From Clostridia bacterium (GTDB lineage Bacteria; Bacillota; Clostridia; Oscillospirales; CAG-272), in the NCBI GenBank assembly GCA_017537175.1, contig JAFYLH010000014.1, positions 33,513 to 97,512 on the forward strand: a DNA stretch of 64,000 nt. The letters are read 5' to 3'. The translations under genes and the position numbers were made by a program. Under the pieces are notes generated by a model. That model was not told where the DNA came from and made no database searches. It saw only the letters and a list, made by a program, of their open reading frames with translations. The stretch's first letter is position 1. Each line of letters starts with the position of its first letter. Shown here piece by piece: positions 37,416 to 48,523 of this stretch.

Positions 37416-39980
37416 ATGTCAAAGAAAATTCTTTCACTGATCCTTTGTGTTGTAATGTGCCTCGGTGCAGTAGCAACATTTGCCGGTTGTTCCGGTTCAG
37501 GCAATGATGCATTTGTTATTATGACAGAGCAGCTTGACGGACTCTTTAACCCCTTCTTCTATACATCTGCCCCCGATGGCACTATCGTGTCTATGACACA
37601 GATAGGTATGCTTGGTGCAAAGTATGTTGACGGTGAGATCGAGGTAGCATACGGCGAAAACGAAGCTGTTGTTACCAAGGATTATGAGATCGTTGAAAAT
37701 GATGACGATACCGTTACATATAACTTTGTTCTTAAGAACGGCATTAAGTTCTCTGATGGTCACCCCCTGACAATGGAGGATGTGCTTTTTAACTACTATG
37801 TATATCTCGACCCTGTTTATACAGGCTCCAATACCCTTTATTCCACCGATATTCTCGGTCTTAAAGAATACAGAACCCAGACTATAGGCTCCGGCTCTGA
37901 CAACAGTGATGATCAGATCACAAGCCAGGCAAGCTCCAGAGCAGAGAACCGTATTCTTGAGCTTGTAAACCTCTTCAGAAGAGAGATCGAAGCTTCCTCT
38001 ACAAAGGAAGTATCCGAAGAGCAGATGAAAAACATCATTAAGAGCTATACAGTAAGCAGCGGCTACAAGAGTGCAATCTCCAACGATGCCGATTCTGTTG
38101 GCTCGGATGACCTTCTTGCTGACTACGAATATGCCCTTAAGCTTTTCAAGGAAGAGCTTGAGTCAGACTACCTTGCAGCTCAGGAATCCTATGTTGACGA
38201 GCCCTACAAGAACTTTGAAGAGTTCAAGGATCCGGTATTCTGCTTCATGTATGCTGAGGGCTATGTTGAAGCAGACTATGAGCTTGATGAAGAGGGCAAG
38301 AAGGACAAGACACAGATCAAGACCCTTACTCCCGCATATCCTTCCTCCATCAAGTCCAAGCAGGACGCTATTGACTATATCTACAGCGACAAGGTTTCCT
38401 GTAAGCTTGATGAGATCCTTATGTATTGGGGTACAGCAAATACTCTCAGAACCGAGTATGCCGCAAAGGCAAGAGAGGTTATTCTTAACGAAAAGTCCTC
38501 TGACGGCGGCGAGCTTGCAGTTCCCAACATTTCCGGTATCGTTTCTCTCGGACACACCGAGGCTGCAGGCACTACTATTACCGTAAACGGAACAGATTAT
38601 AAGATCGCATCCGCTCATAACGATGACGGTACAGTTTCAAACGCAGACGAATACGATGTTCTTTCCATTACCATTGACGGTGTAGACCCCAAGGCTATCT
38701 GGAACTTCTCCATCACTATTGCTCCTCAGCATTACTACGGTGAGGGCAGCAAGGTTGGCGTTGATATTGCTAACAATAAGTTTGGTGTTGAGTTTGCAAG
38801 CTTTGAGTTTATGACCGATATCATTCAGTCTGTAAGAAACATCAAGATCCCTATGGGTGCAGGTGCTTATAAGGCAACCAACAGCAAGAACGGTGATCCC
38901 TCCGAGTCTGACTTCTATATGAACAATGTCGTTTATTTCAAGGCAAACGAAAACTTCAATACAGTCGGTGCAGAGATTGAAAACGCAAAGATCGAAAAGA
39001 TCAGATATCAGGTAGTAAGCTCTCAGAACGCAATTGCAAGCCTTGAGAACGGTAGCGTTCACTACATTTCTCCCGCGCTTACTACAGACAATTACGAAAA
39101 GCTCACAAAGCTTGAATCCAAGGGTATGGTAACTCTTACCACCTCTCAGCTCGGTTACGGTTATATCGGTATCAACTCCGCTAAGGTAAATGATATCAAC
39201 CTCCGTAAGGCTATTATGTGTGCTATGAACACATCCCTTGCTCTTGACTACTACCGTGCAGGTACTGCAGAGCAGATCTACTGGCCTATGTCCAAGGTAA
39301 GCTGGGCTTATCCTAAGGGAGCAGATGCAACCGATAACGGCTGTGATTATCCTCCCCTTGGTGCTTGGAGCGATGAGATCGCTATAAGCAATATTGAAAA
39401 GTATATGGAAGAGGCAGGCGTAAGCGCAGGTGACGGTGCTCTTAAGGTCAAGTTTACCATTGCAGGCTCCAGCCTTCAGGATCATCCTACCTACAAGGTA
39501 TTCAGAGATGCAGCTACACTTCTTAACAGTCTTGGTTGGGAAGTAGAGGTTGTATGTGATACTCAGGCTCTTACCAAGATCAACACCGGTGCCCTTGAGG
39601 TTTGGGCAGCTGCTTGGTCCTCCGCTCTTGACCCTGACCTTTATCAGGTATATCACAAGGATTCTACCGCTACAAGCACACTTGCCTGGGGTTATAACTA
39701 TCTTAAGAACAGCGGTACCGACGAAGAGCTTGATATTCTTGACGAGCTCAGCGAGCTTATCGATGAAGCACGCGAAACCAACGATCAGGAGGAGCGTTCC
39801 GAGCTTTATATGGAAGCTATGGAGCTTATTCTCGACCTTGCAATCGAGCTTCCCGTATACCAGAGAAGTGTACTCTATTCTTATAACTCCAAGGTTATCA
39901 ACAGTGACTCTGTTCCTACCGAGGTAAATCCCTATTCCTCTCCTCTTGACAGAATCTGGGAGATTGAATTTGCTGGTTAA
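37416..39980 (+). CDS. oppA: Oligopeptide ABC transporter substrate-binding lipoprotein (unusually long)
   Basis: Lipobox FAGC; LDGLFNPFF, LKNGIKFSDGHPLTMEDVLF, PMGAGAYK, LRKAIMCAMN, ELPVYQR; ATG 37416 follows AAGGAG. Confidence 0.85.
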   Translation: MSKKILSLILCVVMCLGAVATFAGCSGSGNDAFVIMTEQLDGLFNPFFYTSAPDGTIVSMTQIGMLGAKYVDGEIEVAYGENEAVVTKDYEIVENDDDTVTYNFVLKNGIKFSDGHPLTMEDVLFNYYVYLDPVYTGSNTLYSTDILGLKEYRTQTIGSGSDNSDDQITSQASSRAENRILELVNLFRREIEASSTKEVSEEQMKNIIKSYTVSSGYKSAISNDADSVGSDDLLADYEYALKLFKEELESDYLAAQESYVDEPYKNFEEFKDPVFCFMYAEGYVEADYELDEEGKKDKTQIKTLTPAYPSSIKSKQDAIDYIYSDKVSCKLDEILMYWGTANTLRTEYAAKAREVILNEKSSDGGELAVPNISGIVSLGHTEAAGTTITVNGTDYKIASAHNDDGTVSNADEYDVLSITIDGVDPKAIWNFSITIAPQHYYGEGSKVGVDIANNKFGVEFASFEFMTDIIQSVRNIKIPMGAGAYKATNSKNGDPSESDFYMNNVVYFKANENFNTVGAEIENAKIEKIRYQVVSSQNAIASLENGSVHYISPALTTDNYEKLTKLESKGMVTLTTSQLGYGYIGINSAKVNDINLRKAIMCAMNTSLALDYYRAGTAEQIYWPMSKVSWAYPKGADATDNGCDYPPLGAWSDEIAISNIEKYMEEAGVSAGDGALKVKFTIAGSSLQDHPTYKVFRDAATLLNSLGWEVEVVCDTQALTKINTGALEVWAAAWSSALDPDLYQVYHKDSTATSTLAWGYNYLKNSGTDEELDILDELSELIDEARETNDQEERSELYMEAMELILDLAIELPVYQRSVLYSYNSKVINSDSVPTEVNPYSSPLDRIWEIEFAG

Positions 39981-39994
39981 TATCGGAGAATACA

Positions 39995-40987
39995 ATGTTT
40001 AAATATATAATTAAAAGACTTTTAATGTCAGTCTTTATTCTCCTTGGCGTTTCGATGATAATATACTTCCTTATCAGATTGATGCCCGTCGATTTTGTTC
40101 AATCCAAGATCGACGCCATCAATCAGGGCGGTGCTACGGTAAGCGAAGAAACAGTAAATGCCATGTATGAGATATACGGACTGGGTGATAACAGCTTTAT
40201 AGGTATCCTTAAGGGATATTTTGGTTGGCTGTGGGCCCTTGTCAGACTCGATCTCGGCACAAGCTTTGTATACGGTATTCCCGTTGCCCGTGTTATATTT
40301 GAGCATATGGGTATCTCCTTTGCAGTTGCTTTGATTGCTACGATATTTGAGTTTTTGATTGCAATACCTCTTGGTATTACTGCAGCTACACATCAGTACA
40401 GTTTCCGTGATTATCTGGTAACAGTACTTGTAATGATCGGTATTTCATTGCCCTCATTCTTCTTTGGTAATATGCTCAAGGATGTATTGGCGTTGAAATT
40501 TGGATGGTTCCCGGCATCTGGACTTGTAGATGCCACCGTTTCTAACGCAGGTATTATGCTTCTTGTTGACTATCTTAAGCATATGTTTATTCCTATACTT
40601 ACAATCGTTATTCTCAGTATAGGTGCCCGTATGCGTATGACAAGAACCAATATGCTTGAGGTTATGAACTCTGATTATATCAGAACAGCCCGCGCCAAGG
40701 GTCTTAAGGAAAGTGTAGTAATCAACAAGCATGCTTTCCGTAACACTCTTATTCCCTTGGTAACATCCCTTGCGGGATTGCTTCCTTCATTGTTCTCGGG
40801 TGCTATTATCACCGAGCAGGTGTTTGACCTTCCCGGTATTGGTAATATTGCGCTTGATGCAATGAACCGAGGCGACATCCCCTTTATAATGGGTTACAAT
40901 ATGTTCCTTGCACTTCTCAGTGTTATAGGCGTACTGCTTGCTGACCTTATGTACGGAATTGTCGACCCCAGAGTTAAATTGGATTAA
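39995..40987 (+). CDS. oppB: Oligopeptide ABC permease
   Basis: YIIKRLL, DLGTSF, DYIRTARAKGL..HAFRN, DLMYGIVDPRV. Confidence 0.92.
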   Translation: MFKYIIKRLLMSVFILLGVSMIIYFLIRLMPVDFVQSKIDAINQGGATVSEETVNAMYEIYGLGDNSFIGILKGYFGWLWALVRLDLGTSFVYGIPVARVIFEHMGISFAVALIATIFEFLIAIPLGITAATHQYSFRDYLVTVLVMIGISLPSFFFGNMLKDVLALKFGWFPASGLVDATVSNAGIMLLVDYLKHMFIPILTIVILSIGARMRMTRTNMLEVMNSDYIRTARAKGLKESVVINKHAFRNTLIPLVTSLAGLLPSLFSGAIITEQVFDLPGIGNIALDAMNRGDIPFIMGYNMFLALLSVIGVLLADLMYGIVDPRVKLD

Positions 40988-40998
40988 GGAGGCAGACG

Positions 40999-42039
40999 AT
41001 GTCAGACAATATCAAAAATATTGATGCAGAAACAGAAGATACCGAGCTGCCTCTTGATAAAAATGTTCGGCTTATGTCTCCTACCCGAATGGTATTACGC
41101 AGATTTTTCCGTTCAAAGCTTAGTATTGTAGGTCTTATAATGGTTATAGGACTCTTTATATTCAGCTTTGTCGGTCCTCTTGTGTACACCCAATGGGGAG
41201 AGATCGAGCTTGACGAAAGCGGAACAACAGAATATTCTGTCAGCGAGACTACATATACGGTTGACGGACAAACCTACACCTTAAGGCAAACTACCGAGCA
41301 AGCGATCAAGGATAATCAGCTTGCACCTCCTTCGGCTGAGCATATTCTCGGAACCGATAATGAGGGCTATGATGTCTTTGTGCGTTTGATGTACGGCGGC
41401 AGAATTTCACTTATTGTAAGCTTTATTGCGGTGTTTCTGATTACATTCTTCGGTGTAATTATGGGTGGTATTGCAGGTTACTTTGGCGGTGTTATTGATA
41501 ACATCATTATGAGACTTTGCGATGTTCTCATTTGTCTGCCGGGTATCCCGATACTTTTGATAATCAGTACAATTCTTGATTCATCAGAAATTGATGCCAA
41601 ATACCGTATCTATTTACTTATGATCTATCTTACCTTTATATCCTGGCCGGGAACAGCAAGATTGGTAAGAGGACAGATCCTTTCTTTACGCGAGCAGGAG
41701 TATATGGTAGCTGCAGAAGCTATGGGTTACTCCACCTTCAGAAAGATCTTTAAGCACCTTGTTCCCAATGTAATGCCCCAGCTTATTGTTTCAATGAGCT
41801 TAAGCCTTGGTAGTATGATCCTGTACGAGGCTACACTTTCATACCTCAACCTCGGTGTTAAGGCTCCCTATGCTGCCTGGGGTACAATGATCAATATTAT
41901 TTCAACAAATCAGGATGTTCTCCAGAACCACCTTCTTGTATGGGTACCTGCCGGTGTATGTATTGTCATTGCCGTGCTTGGATTTAACTTTATAGGTGAC
42001 GGTCTGCGAGATGCTCTTGACCCGAAAGCGAGGCGATAA
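40999..42039 (+). CDS. oppC: Oligopeptide ABC permease
   Basis: HILGTDNEGYDVFVRLMYGGRISL, REQEYMVAAEAMG, NFIGDGLRDALDPK. Confidence 0.92.
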   Translation: MSDNIKNIDAETEDTELPLDKNVRLMSPTRMVLRRFFRSKLSIVGLIMVIGLFIFSFVGPLVYTQWGEIELDESGTTEYSVSETTYTVDGQTYTLRQTTEQAIKDNQLAPPSAEHILGTDNEGYDVFVRLMYGGRISLIVSFIAVFLITFFGVIMGGIAGYFGGVIDNIIMRLCDVLICLPGIPILLIISTILDSSEIDAKYRIYLLMIYLTFISWPGTARLVRGQILSLREQEYMVAAEAMGYSTFRKIFKHLVPNVMPQLIVSMSLSLGSMILYEATLSYLNLGVKAPYAAWGTMINIISTNQDVLQNHLLVWVPAGVCIVIAVLGFNFIGDGLRDALDPKARR

Positions 42040-42042
42040 ATA

Positions 42043-43188
42043 ATGGCAAATAATTATCTTTCGGGAAAAGAGATCAGAGCCATCGCCAAGGAAAACAAAA
42101 AGGTGATGAAGCGCCTTGAGGCATATAAATACCGCAAGTGTGATGAGTCCGAATATATAACCGAAATGAAGAACGACGAAAATATCCTTGAGATAGACGC
42201 TCTTCATACCTACTTCTTTACCGAGCAGGGTGTAGTTAAGGCTGTCAACGGTGTATCCTTTGATATTCCCAAGAATGCAACTGTAGGTGTTGTAGGTGAG
42301 TCGGGCTGCGGTAAATCGGTAACCAGTATGTCTGTTATGAGGCTTTTACAGGCTCCCACGGGACAGATATATTCGGGAGAGATCAGATTTAAGTCCAAGG
42401 ACAAAGAGGGTAACGAAAAGGTTTACGACATAGCAAAGATGCCTATGCGTGATATCTTTAAGATCAGAGGTAACGAGATCGCTATGATCTTCCAGGAGCC
42501 TATGACCTCTCTCAATCCTGTATTTACCATCGGTCAGCAGCTTGATGAGGTTACATTTATACATGATCACTCTGCGTCCAAGGCAGATGCAAGAGCAAAA
42601 TCTATCGAGATGCTCAATCTTGTGGGTATAGCAATGCCCGAGCGTGTGTACAATGCATTCCCCCACGAGCTTTCCGGTGGTATGCGTCAGCGTGTTATGA
42701 TAGCTATGGCTCTTGCGTGTAACCCCAGACTTATTATAGCCGATGAGCCTACAACCGCTCTTGATGTTACTATCCAGGCGCAGATTCTTGACCTGCTCCG
42801 CGATCTTAAGACAAAAATAGACGGCTCTATAATGCTTATCACCCATGACCTTGGTATCATTGCAGAAATGGCAGATTATGTTGTTGTTATGTATGCAGGC
42901 AAGGTTATAGAAAAGGGAACAGTACAGGAGATATTCTATAATCCCATGCATCCCTATACCATAGGCTTGCAGAAATCCAAGCCTACCCTTGAATCAAGCA
43001 GCGATGTGCTTTATAACATCCCCGGCAATGTTCCCAACCCCATAAATATGCCGGATCACTGCTATTTCAAGGAAAGATGCTCAAGGTGTATCGGCAAGTG
43101 TTCGGGCGAATATCCCGGAATGATACAGGTAAGCCCTACACACTTTGTTGCGTGTCATCTTTATGAGGAGGATCAAACTAATGGCTGA
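42043..43188 (+). CDS. oppD: Oligopeptide ABC ATP-binding protein
   Basis: GESGCGKS, IFQEPMTSLNP, LSGGMRQR, DEPTTALDV, HPYT, C-terminal Cys cluster; ~45-aa N-terminal extension. Confidence 0.93.
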   Translation: MANNYLSGKEIRAIAKENKKVMKRLEAYKYRKCDESEYITEMKNDENILEIDALHTYFFTEQGVVKAVNGVSFDIPKNATVGVVGESGCGKSVTSMSVMRLLQAPTGQIYSGEIRFKSKDKEGNEKVYDIAKMPMRDIFKIRGNEIAMIFQEPMTSLNPVFTIGQQLDEVTFIHDHSASKADARAKSIEMLNLVGIAMPERVYNAFPHELSGGMRQRVMIAMALACNPRLIIADEPTTALDVTIQAQILDLLRDLKTKIDGSIMLITHDLGIIAEMADYVVVMYAGKVIEKGTVQEIFYNPMHPYTIGLQKSKPTLESSSDVLYNIPGNVPNPINMPDHCYFKERCSRCIGKCSGEYPGMIQVSPTHFVACHLYEEDQTNG

Positions 43189-44182
43189 CAATAAAATAAT
43201 TGAAACCTTTGATCCCGAAAACATACTTGAGGTTCATAACCTTCGCAAGTGTTTTCCTCTTAAGAAGACCCTTACCGGTAAGGTAACTAGAGAGCTAATT
43301 GCGGTTGATGATGTATCCTTTGGATTAAAAGCAGGTGAGACCTTAGGTATAGTAGGTGAGTCAGGATGCGGTAAGACCACACTTGGCAGAGCTATCCTTA
43401 AGCTCCATCAGCCCACAAGCGGTCGCATTATATTTGAGGGTCAGGATATTACCGACTTTAAATCCTCACAGATGCGTGAGATCAGAAAGAAGATGCAGAT
43501 CATCTTCCAGGATCCCTATTCGTCACTTCCTCCCAGAAGTACAGTAGGCGGTATTCTTTCCGAGCCTGTAACGGTACATAACATTGTACCCAAGTCACAG
43601 GTAAAGGAATATGTACTTGATCTTATGGATAAGTGCGGTCTTCGTGATTATTATTACGAAAGATATCCCCACGAGTTTTCGGGCGGACAGAGACAGCGTA
43701 TCTGTATAGCAAGAGCGCTTTCGGTAAATCCCAAGCTTGTTGTATGCGACGAGCCTGTTTCGGCACTTGATGTGTCTATCCAGGCGCAGATCATAAATCT
43801 GCTTAAAAAGCTTCAGCAGAATATGAATCTTACATATATATTCATTTCCCATGATCTGTCTGTTGTTAAGTTTATTTCGGATAAGATCGGTGTAATGTAT
43901 CTCGGTTCAATGGTTGAGTACGGTGCAAAGGCTGATATATTCTCCAATCCTCTCCATCCTTATACTCAGGCGTTATTTTCTGCGATACCTCATCCCGACC
44001 CTGATGTAAAGATGAACCGTATTATACTTAAGGGTGATATTCCTTCACCTGCAAATCCTCCCAAGGGCTGCCGCTTCCACACCAGATGTCCTTATGCTAA
44101 GGATATTTGTAAGGAGGTAACACCCGAATTTAAGGATTACGGCAACGGACACTGTGCTGCTTGCCACCTTCTTGATGAATAA
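43181..44182 (+). CDS. oppF: Oligopeptide ABC ATP-binding protein
   Basis: [45 protein letters not shown]; ATG 43181 follows GAGGAGG. Confidence 0.93.
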   Translation: MADNKIIETFDPENILEVHNLRKCFPLKKTLTGKVTRELIAVDDVSFGLKAGETLGIVGESGCGKTTLGRAILKLHQPTSGRIIFEGQDITDFKSSQMREIRKKMQIIFQDPYSSLPPRSTVGGILSEPVTVHNIVPKSQVKEYVLDLMDKCGLRDYYYERYPHEFSGGQRQRICIARALSVNPKLVVCDEPVSALDVSIQAQIINLLKKLQQNMNLTYIFISHDLSVVKFISDKIGVMYLGSMVEYGAKADIFSNPLHPYTQALFSAIPHPDPDVKMNRIILKGDIPSPANPPKGCRFHTRCPYAKDICKEVTPEFKDYGNGHCAACHLLDE

Positions 44183-44439
44183 TGAGCGATAAGAAAAACA
44201 AAAAGAAAAAAGAAAAAATAACCTATATTGACGATGGCAGAACGATTTCCGACATGTCGGGTGTCAAAAGCAATCTTGATTGGACCCGCAAGGGAACAAC
44301 CTCAAGCTTTGGTGATATCTGGAGAACATATTGGAGCGCTGTAAGAATGATGATCAAGCCGATGCTTGTCACAATTGCATTTTTGTGCGTTGCTTTTTTG
44401 ATCGTTACTTTTATATTCTGGCTGATGTTGATAAAATAA
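44182..44439 (+). CDS. Small membrane protein of unknown function
   Basis: Basic N-terminus, YIDDGRTISDM motif, C-terminal TM; TAATG coupling to oppF. Confidence 0.65.
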   Translation: MSDKKNKKKKEKITYIDDGRTISDMSGVKSNLDWTRKGTTSSFGDIWRTYWSAVRMMIKPMLVTIAFLCVAFLIVTFIFWLMLIK

Positions 44440-44457
44440 AAACTATTAGGAGAACAC

Positions 44458-47274
44458 ATGGAAAACAAATTTTTAACAGAATCCGTTGGCGGATCTGTAA
44501 TGAAGAGTAAGAAAAATAGAATTTATCTTATCTCTGCAGTTGTTGTCATCCTTGTTGCTATGATTTTGACCTTTTCCGCCTGTAAAGGTGGGAAGGGATC
44601 TGCAGGTGTCGAGCTTACCGGCGATCCTGCATCATATTCCGTTACCGTAAAAACTGTCGGCGGTATGGCAATGTCCGAGATAGATGTATATATCTATCTT
44701 GATGATACTCTTGAGGATATGCATGATTATGCAAAGACCGATGAGAATGGAACCGTAACCTTTAATATGCCCGAGTATGATAACTATGCTATCGTGCTTT
44801 CAGGTGTAAAAAAGGGTTACGATGTTGCCGCAAGCTATAAATTTGATGATAAGAACGCGGTGATCGAGCTCACATCCTCACTCATAACCGACGAGGATAT
44901 TTCTACCGCTAAGCTTGATGTTGGCAGTGTAATGTATGATTTCACTCTTATGAAGCCTGATGAAACCGAGATTACTCTCTCTGAGGTTTTAAAAGAAAAG
45001 GATATGGTACTTCTCAACTTCTGGTATACAACCTGTTCCTGGTGTGTAGAAGAGTTTCCTATTATGAATGAGGTATATGAGGAGTATAAGGACAGAATCG
45101 AAATCATTGCTGTTGACCCCATGGATGACACTAACGCAGTTAAGACATTCCAGGCTCAGTATGGATTAAACTTCCCTATGGCAGCATGTTCTGCCTCCTG
45201 GGCTAATGTCTTCCCTATAGAAGGATACCCTACATCTGTTATCATAGACCGTTACGGTGTTATCTGTCTTATAGAGTCGGGTGCTATTACAAGCAAGACA
45301 CCTTTCATCTCTACCTTTGAACATTTTACCGGTGATGATTATGAGCAGAAGCTTTTTATGGGCGGTGTATCTGATCTTGTTACAAGGATCAAGCCAACTG
45401 TAGAGATGGCTTCTTCCGAAGAAATTGCAGCTATAATCAATCAGGGCGATATCAATGTAACATACAGACCCGAAACCGATGAAGATTCTGCAGAGTATTC
45501 CTGGCCCTTTATCGAGGGTGAAAAGCTCGGACAGAGCTGTGTATATGCTTCTAACATTGACATTGACGATTCCTTTGCCATTATGTATTGTGATGTAGAG
45601 CTCAAGGCAGGTCAGGCTCTTGGATTGGATTTTCTTGCTTCATCCGAGCAGGGCTGCGATGTTCTTTATGTAATTGTAGATGACGAGGATGTATTCCAGA
45701 TCTCGGGTGTATCTGAAACCGAACAATGGCAGTCTTGTTATCCTGTTGTTGCCGAAAAGGATGGCACATACGAGGTTGCTCTTTGCTACCTTAAGGACAG
45801 CGACGGTGCAGAAGGTGAGGATACCGTATATATTGACAATATGAGAATTGTTGATGTTTCGGCTATAGATGTTGATACATATCTTCCCAGAAATGCAGCA
45901 GTCACCGAGGACGGCGAAAACTATGAGTACGCCACCGTTGTATATAATGAAAGCGACGGATATTATCATGTTGGTACTGCAAACGGTCCCCTCCTTCTTG
46001 CCGATCTTATGAATTATACTCAGTTCAGTGAAGAAGAGACTCTGCAGGAGATCGTTACAAGCGGTAGTGCCGATAAGGACGGCATAAGCCTCTACAACAA
46101 GGTAGAGGAGGGTGGAGCAGGTATGGTTAAGTACTTCTCATACGCCTCTAACTCTACTCTTAACGGTGTTTGCACAGTTAACAAGGAGCTTGCCGAAATG
46201 CTTAAGCAGGTAGCTGACATTGCTGGCTTTAGCGAAGACGAAAATGAGTGGCTCAAGATCTGTAAGTATTTCAAGGCTTACGGTAAGGGAACAGCTCAGC
46301 TTGAGGATCCCATCAAGGGTCTTGCACCCTTCTGTGCCTACAAGACCACTCTCGGCAAGAATGTTCCCACAAACTATTTCTACTACAACAGAGCTATCAT
46401 ACCCAGAGGTCTTTTCTCTGAGTTTATACCCGCTCAGTCGGGTGTGTACCGTTTCACCTCCAAGAGCGATTATAAGGACGGTATCGATGCATGGGTATTT
46501 GACGAAAACGGTGTTAATATCTATACATACGAGCATGAGGAAAGACTTTACACTGATGATATAAACTGCTCTATGGTATATTATATGGAAGCAGGTAAGC
46601 CCTATTATATCAATATGGCTTTCTGGGATATTTACGCAACAGGATATATCTACTACGATGTTGAATATCTCGGTGCTTCGGTTAATCTTTTCCGCACCTG
46701 TGCTCCCGGTTACTTCACCTATGACAGTGATGCAACAGGAAGTCAGATCTATGATATCATTTCCGGCGGTATCGAGCCTGTACTTAAGAACGGTAAGTAT
46801 TACGAATCTGAGGATAACAGCTTAATTTATGCTGACTTCACATATCCTACAAGAGTATTCGGTCACTCTATCGTTGAAATGATCGACCTTGGCGGCTTTG
46901 ATTTCTCCAAGTCAGAAACAGATGGCGAAATTCTTGCTTACCTCAAGCAGAACGACAACGATCCCGAAAAGACCAGAGAGTACTTAAAGAAGCTTTGGGG
47001 CGAGGATTATGATGCCAATGCTGATATTTATGAGCTCGAGGATGTTCTTAACGGCATATATCACGGTTCGGGTCCCGATCTTACAGAAGAGATCAGAGCC
47101 TATGTTAACAAGGTTGACAAATCCGGCAAGGCTGAGCTTGAAGGCTGTGTTGTTGTCGACGAGAGACTTGCCGAGATACTTCAGCTTCTTATGAACAAGT
47201 ATACATTTGAAGATGTTGAAAACTCTTGGATCAAGCTTTGTTACTACTATGACTATCTTGGTCCTGCAAAATAA
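44458..47274 (+). CDS. Multidomain lipoprotein: Ig-like + TlpA-like redoxin (CSWC) + beta-sandwich domains + two copies of an unrecognised Cys-ended domain
   Basis: Lipobox FSAC; NFWYTTCSWCVEEFP..GYPTSVIIDRYG; GYYHVGTANGP; ENEWLKICKY and ENSWIKLCYY. Confidence 0.8.
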   Translation: MENKFLTESVGGSVMKSKKNRIYLISAVVVILVAMILTFSACKGGKGSAGVELTGDPASYSVTVKTVGGMAMSEIDVYIYLDDTLEDMHDYAKTDENGTVTFNMPEYDNYAIVLSGVKKGYDVAASYKFDDKNAVIELTSSLITDEDISTAKLDVGSVMYDFTLMKPDETEITLSEVLKEKDMVLLNFWYTTCSWCVEEFPIMNEVYEEYKDRIEIIAVDPMDDTNAVKTFQAQYGLNFPMAACSASWANVFPIEGYPTSVIIDRYGVICLIESGAITSKTPFISTFEHFTGDDYEQKLFMGGVSDLVTRIKPTVEMASSEEIAAIINQGDINVTYRPETDEDSAEYSWPFIEGEKLGQSCVYASNIDIDDSFAIMYCDVELKAGQALGLDFLASSEQGCDVLYVIVDDEDVFQISGVSETEQWQSCYPVVAEKDGTYEVALCYLKDSDGAEGEDTVYIDNMRIVDVSAIDVDTYLPRNAAVTEDGENYEYATVVYNESDGYYHVGTANGPLLLADLMNYTQFSEEETLQEIVTSGSADKDGISLYNKVEEGGAGMVKYFSYASNSTLNGVCTVNKELAEMLKQVADIAGFSEDENEWLKICKYFKAYGKGTAQLEDPIKGLAPFCAYKTTLGKNVPTNYFYYNRAIIPRGLFSEFIPAQSGVYRFTSKSDYKDGIDAWVFDENGVNIYTYEHEERLYTDDINCSMVYYMEAGKPYYINMAFWDIYATGYIYYDVEYLGASVNLFRTCAPGYFTYDSDATGSQIYDIISGGIEPVLKNGKYYESEDNSLIYADFTYPTRVFGHSIVEMIDLGGFDFSKSETDGEILAYLKQNDNDPEKTREYLKKLWGEDYDANADIYELEDVLNGIYHGSGPDLTEEIRAYVNKVDKSGKAELEGCVVVDERLAEILQLLMNKYTFEDVENSWIKLCYYYDYLGPAK

Positions 47275-47288
47275 TCGGAGATAATAAT

Positions 47289-48515
47289 ATGATGACTATG
47301 AGACGCATTACAGCAGTGGCCCTTGCAGTGATCTGCCTGGCCACACTGCTGGTCGCTTGTAGCGGTGGCGACAAAGAATATACCGTAACCGTTAAGGATT
47401 ACCTTGGAAATCCCTATACCGGTATTGTAGTTGAGTTCAAGCAGGACGGCAATAAGGTCGCAATGCAGAGCTGCAATGAAGAGGGTATTGCAAAAAAGAC
47501 CCTTGCATCCGGTAAATATGATATTGAGCTTAAATTTAGTGATGATGAAGCCTCATATCACTATGACAAGGATATCGTCGCTACCTCCCGTGACAATAAT
47601 ATAGATGTTATTCTTTCAAGAGTTGTTTCGGGCGAGCCCAAATCTTATTTTGCGGTAGACGGTGATTATGATATCTATACTGTTGCGGCAGGCTGTACCT
47701 ATCTTGAGCTTTCGGAGGGCAAAAACTATGTTATCTTTGTTCCTACCGAAGCAGGAACCTACGAGTTTTCTGTTGTCGACGGTGCTGATGCTGCAATAGG
47801 ATACTACGGTGCACCTCATTATATTCAGGAAATTAATAACGCAGAGGTTGTTGATAACAAGTTTACTATTTCTGTTACTCAGGGTATGATCGGTACAACC
47901 GAGGGCGGTACCTCCTCCTATGTTATAGGCTTGGATAAGGGTGACGCTGATAACTGTGTTCTCGGTATCGAGAGAATCGGTGATCCTGCTTGGTCTATAG
48001 AGGATGAGCCTTGGGATGTCTACACCGAAACAGTAGAGCTTAATCAGTACACTCTTCCCGAGGGCTATAGCCTTGGTGAGTTTGATCTGACCGAAAGCTC
48101 TGATAAATATAATCTTGTATTCAATGATAATGACGGATTCTATCATCTTGACAGCACAGACGGTCCTCTTGTGCTTGTAAGACTTGCCGAGGATACTGAT
48201 TATATTGCTTGCTTTGCTACAATGCTTGACCGTTCAGGCGTAACAAAGTATTACTTTGATGAAAACGATGAGTTTGTTAAGAAGGAAAGCTATTCCGAGT
48301 GTCTCTTGAAGTATATTGAATATGTTGACGAGGATGAGGGTGTATATCCTCTTACCGAAGACCTTAAGTACATTATTCAGTCAAGAGGCGAATATGTCGG
48401 CTGGTGGGATATTGACAGCAATGGTTATATATTTAAGGATTTAAACGGCAATAAGATCAAGGATATCAACCCTGATATCGCTTGGCTTATGATGTGCTGT
48501 TATATTGAGAAATAA
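47289..48515 (+). CDS. Lipoprotein: Ig-like + beta-sandwich + unrecognised GxYH..GP domain
   Basis: Lipobox LVAC; DGFYHLDSTDGPLVLV..GVYPLTEDL..AWLMMCCY. Confidence 0.75.
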   Translation: MMTMRRITAVALAVICLATLLVACSGGDKEYTVTVKDYLGNPYTGIVVEFKQDGNKVAMQSCNEEGIAKKTLASGKYDIELKFSDDEASYHYDKDIVATSRDNNIDVILSRVVSGEPKSYFAVDGDYDIYTVAAGCTYLELSEGKNYVIFVPTEAGTYEFSVVDGADAAIGYYGAPHYIQEINNAEVVDNKFTISVTQGMIGTTEGGTSSYVIGLDKGDADNCVLGIERIGDPAWSIEDEPWDVYTETVELNQYTLPEGYSLGEFDLTESSDKYNLVFNDNDGFYHLDSTDGPLVLVRLAEDTDYIACFATMLDRSGVTKYYFDENDEFVKKESYSECLLKYIEYVDEDEGVYPLTEDLKYIIQSRGEYVGWWDIDSNGYIFKDLNGNKIKDINPDIAWLMMCCYIEK

Positions 48516-48523
48516 GGTATTAT

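Noticed and set aside
38637-39995. 452-aa antisense ORF opposite oppA
   Set aside because: Shadow of a biased-codon gene; no motifs or RBS. The same applies to 33445-34392, 11008-11925, 17675-18454, 24028-24780 and 7338-8030.
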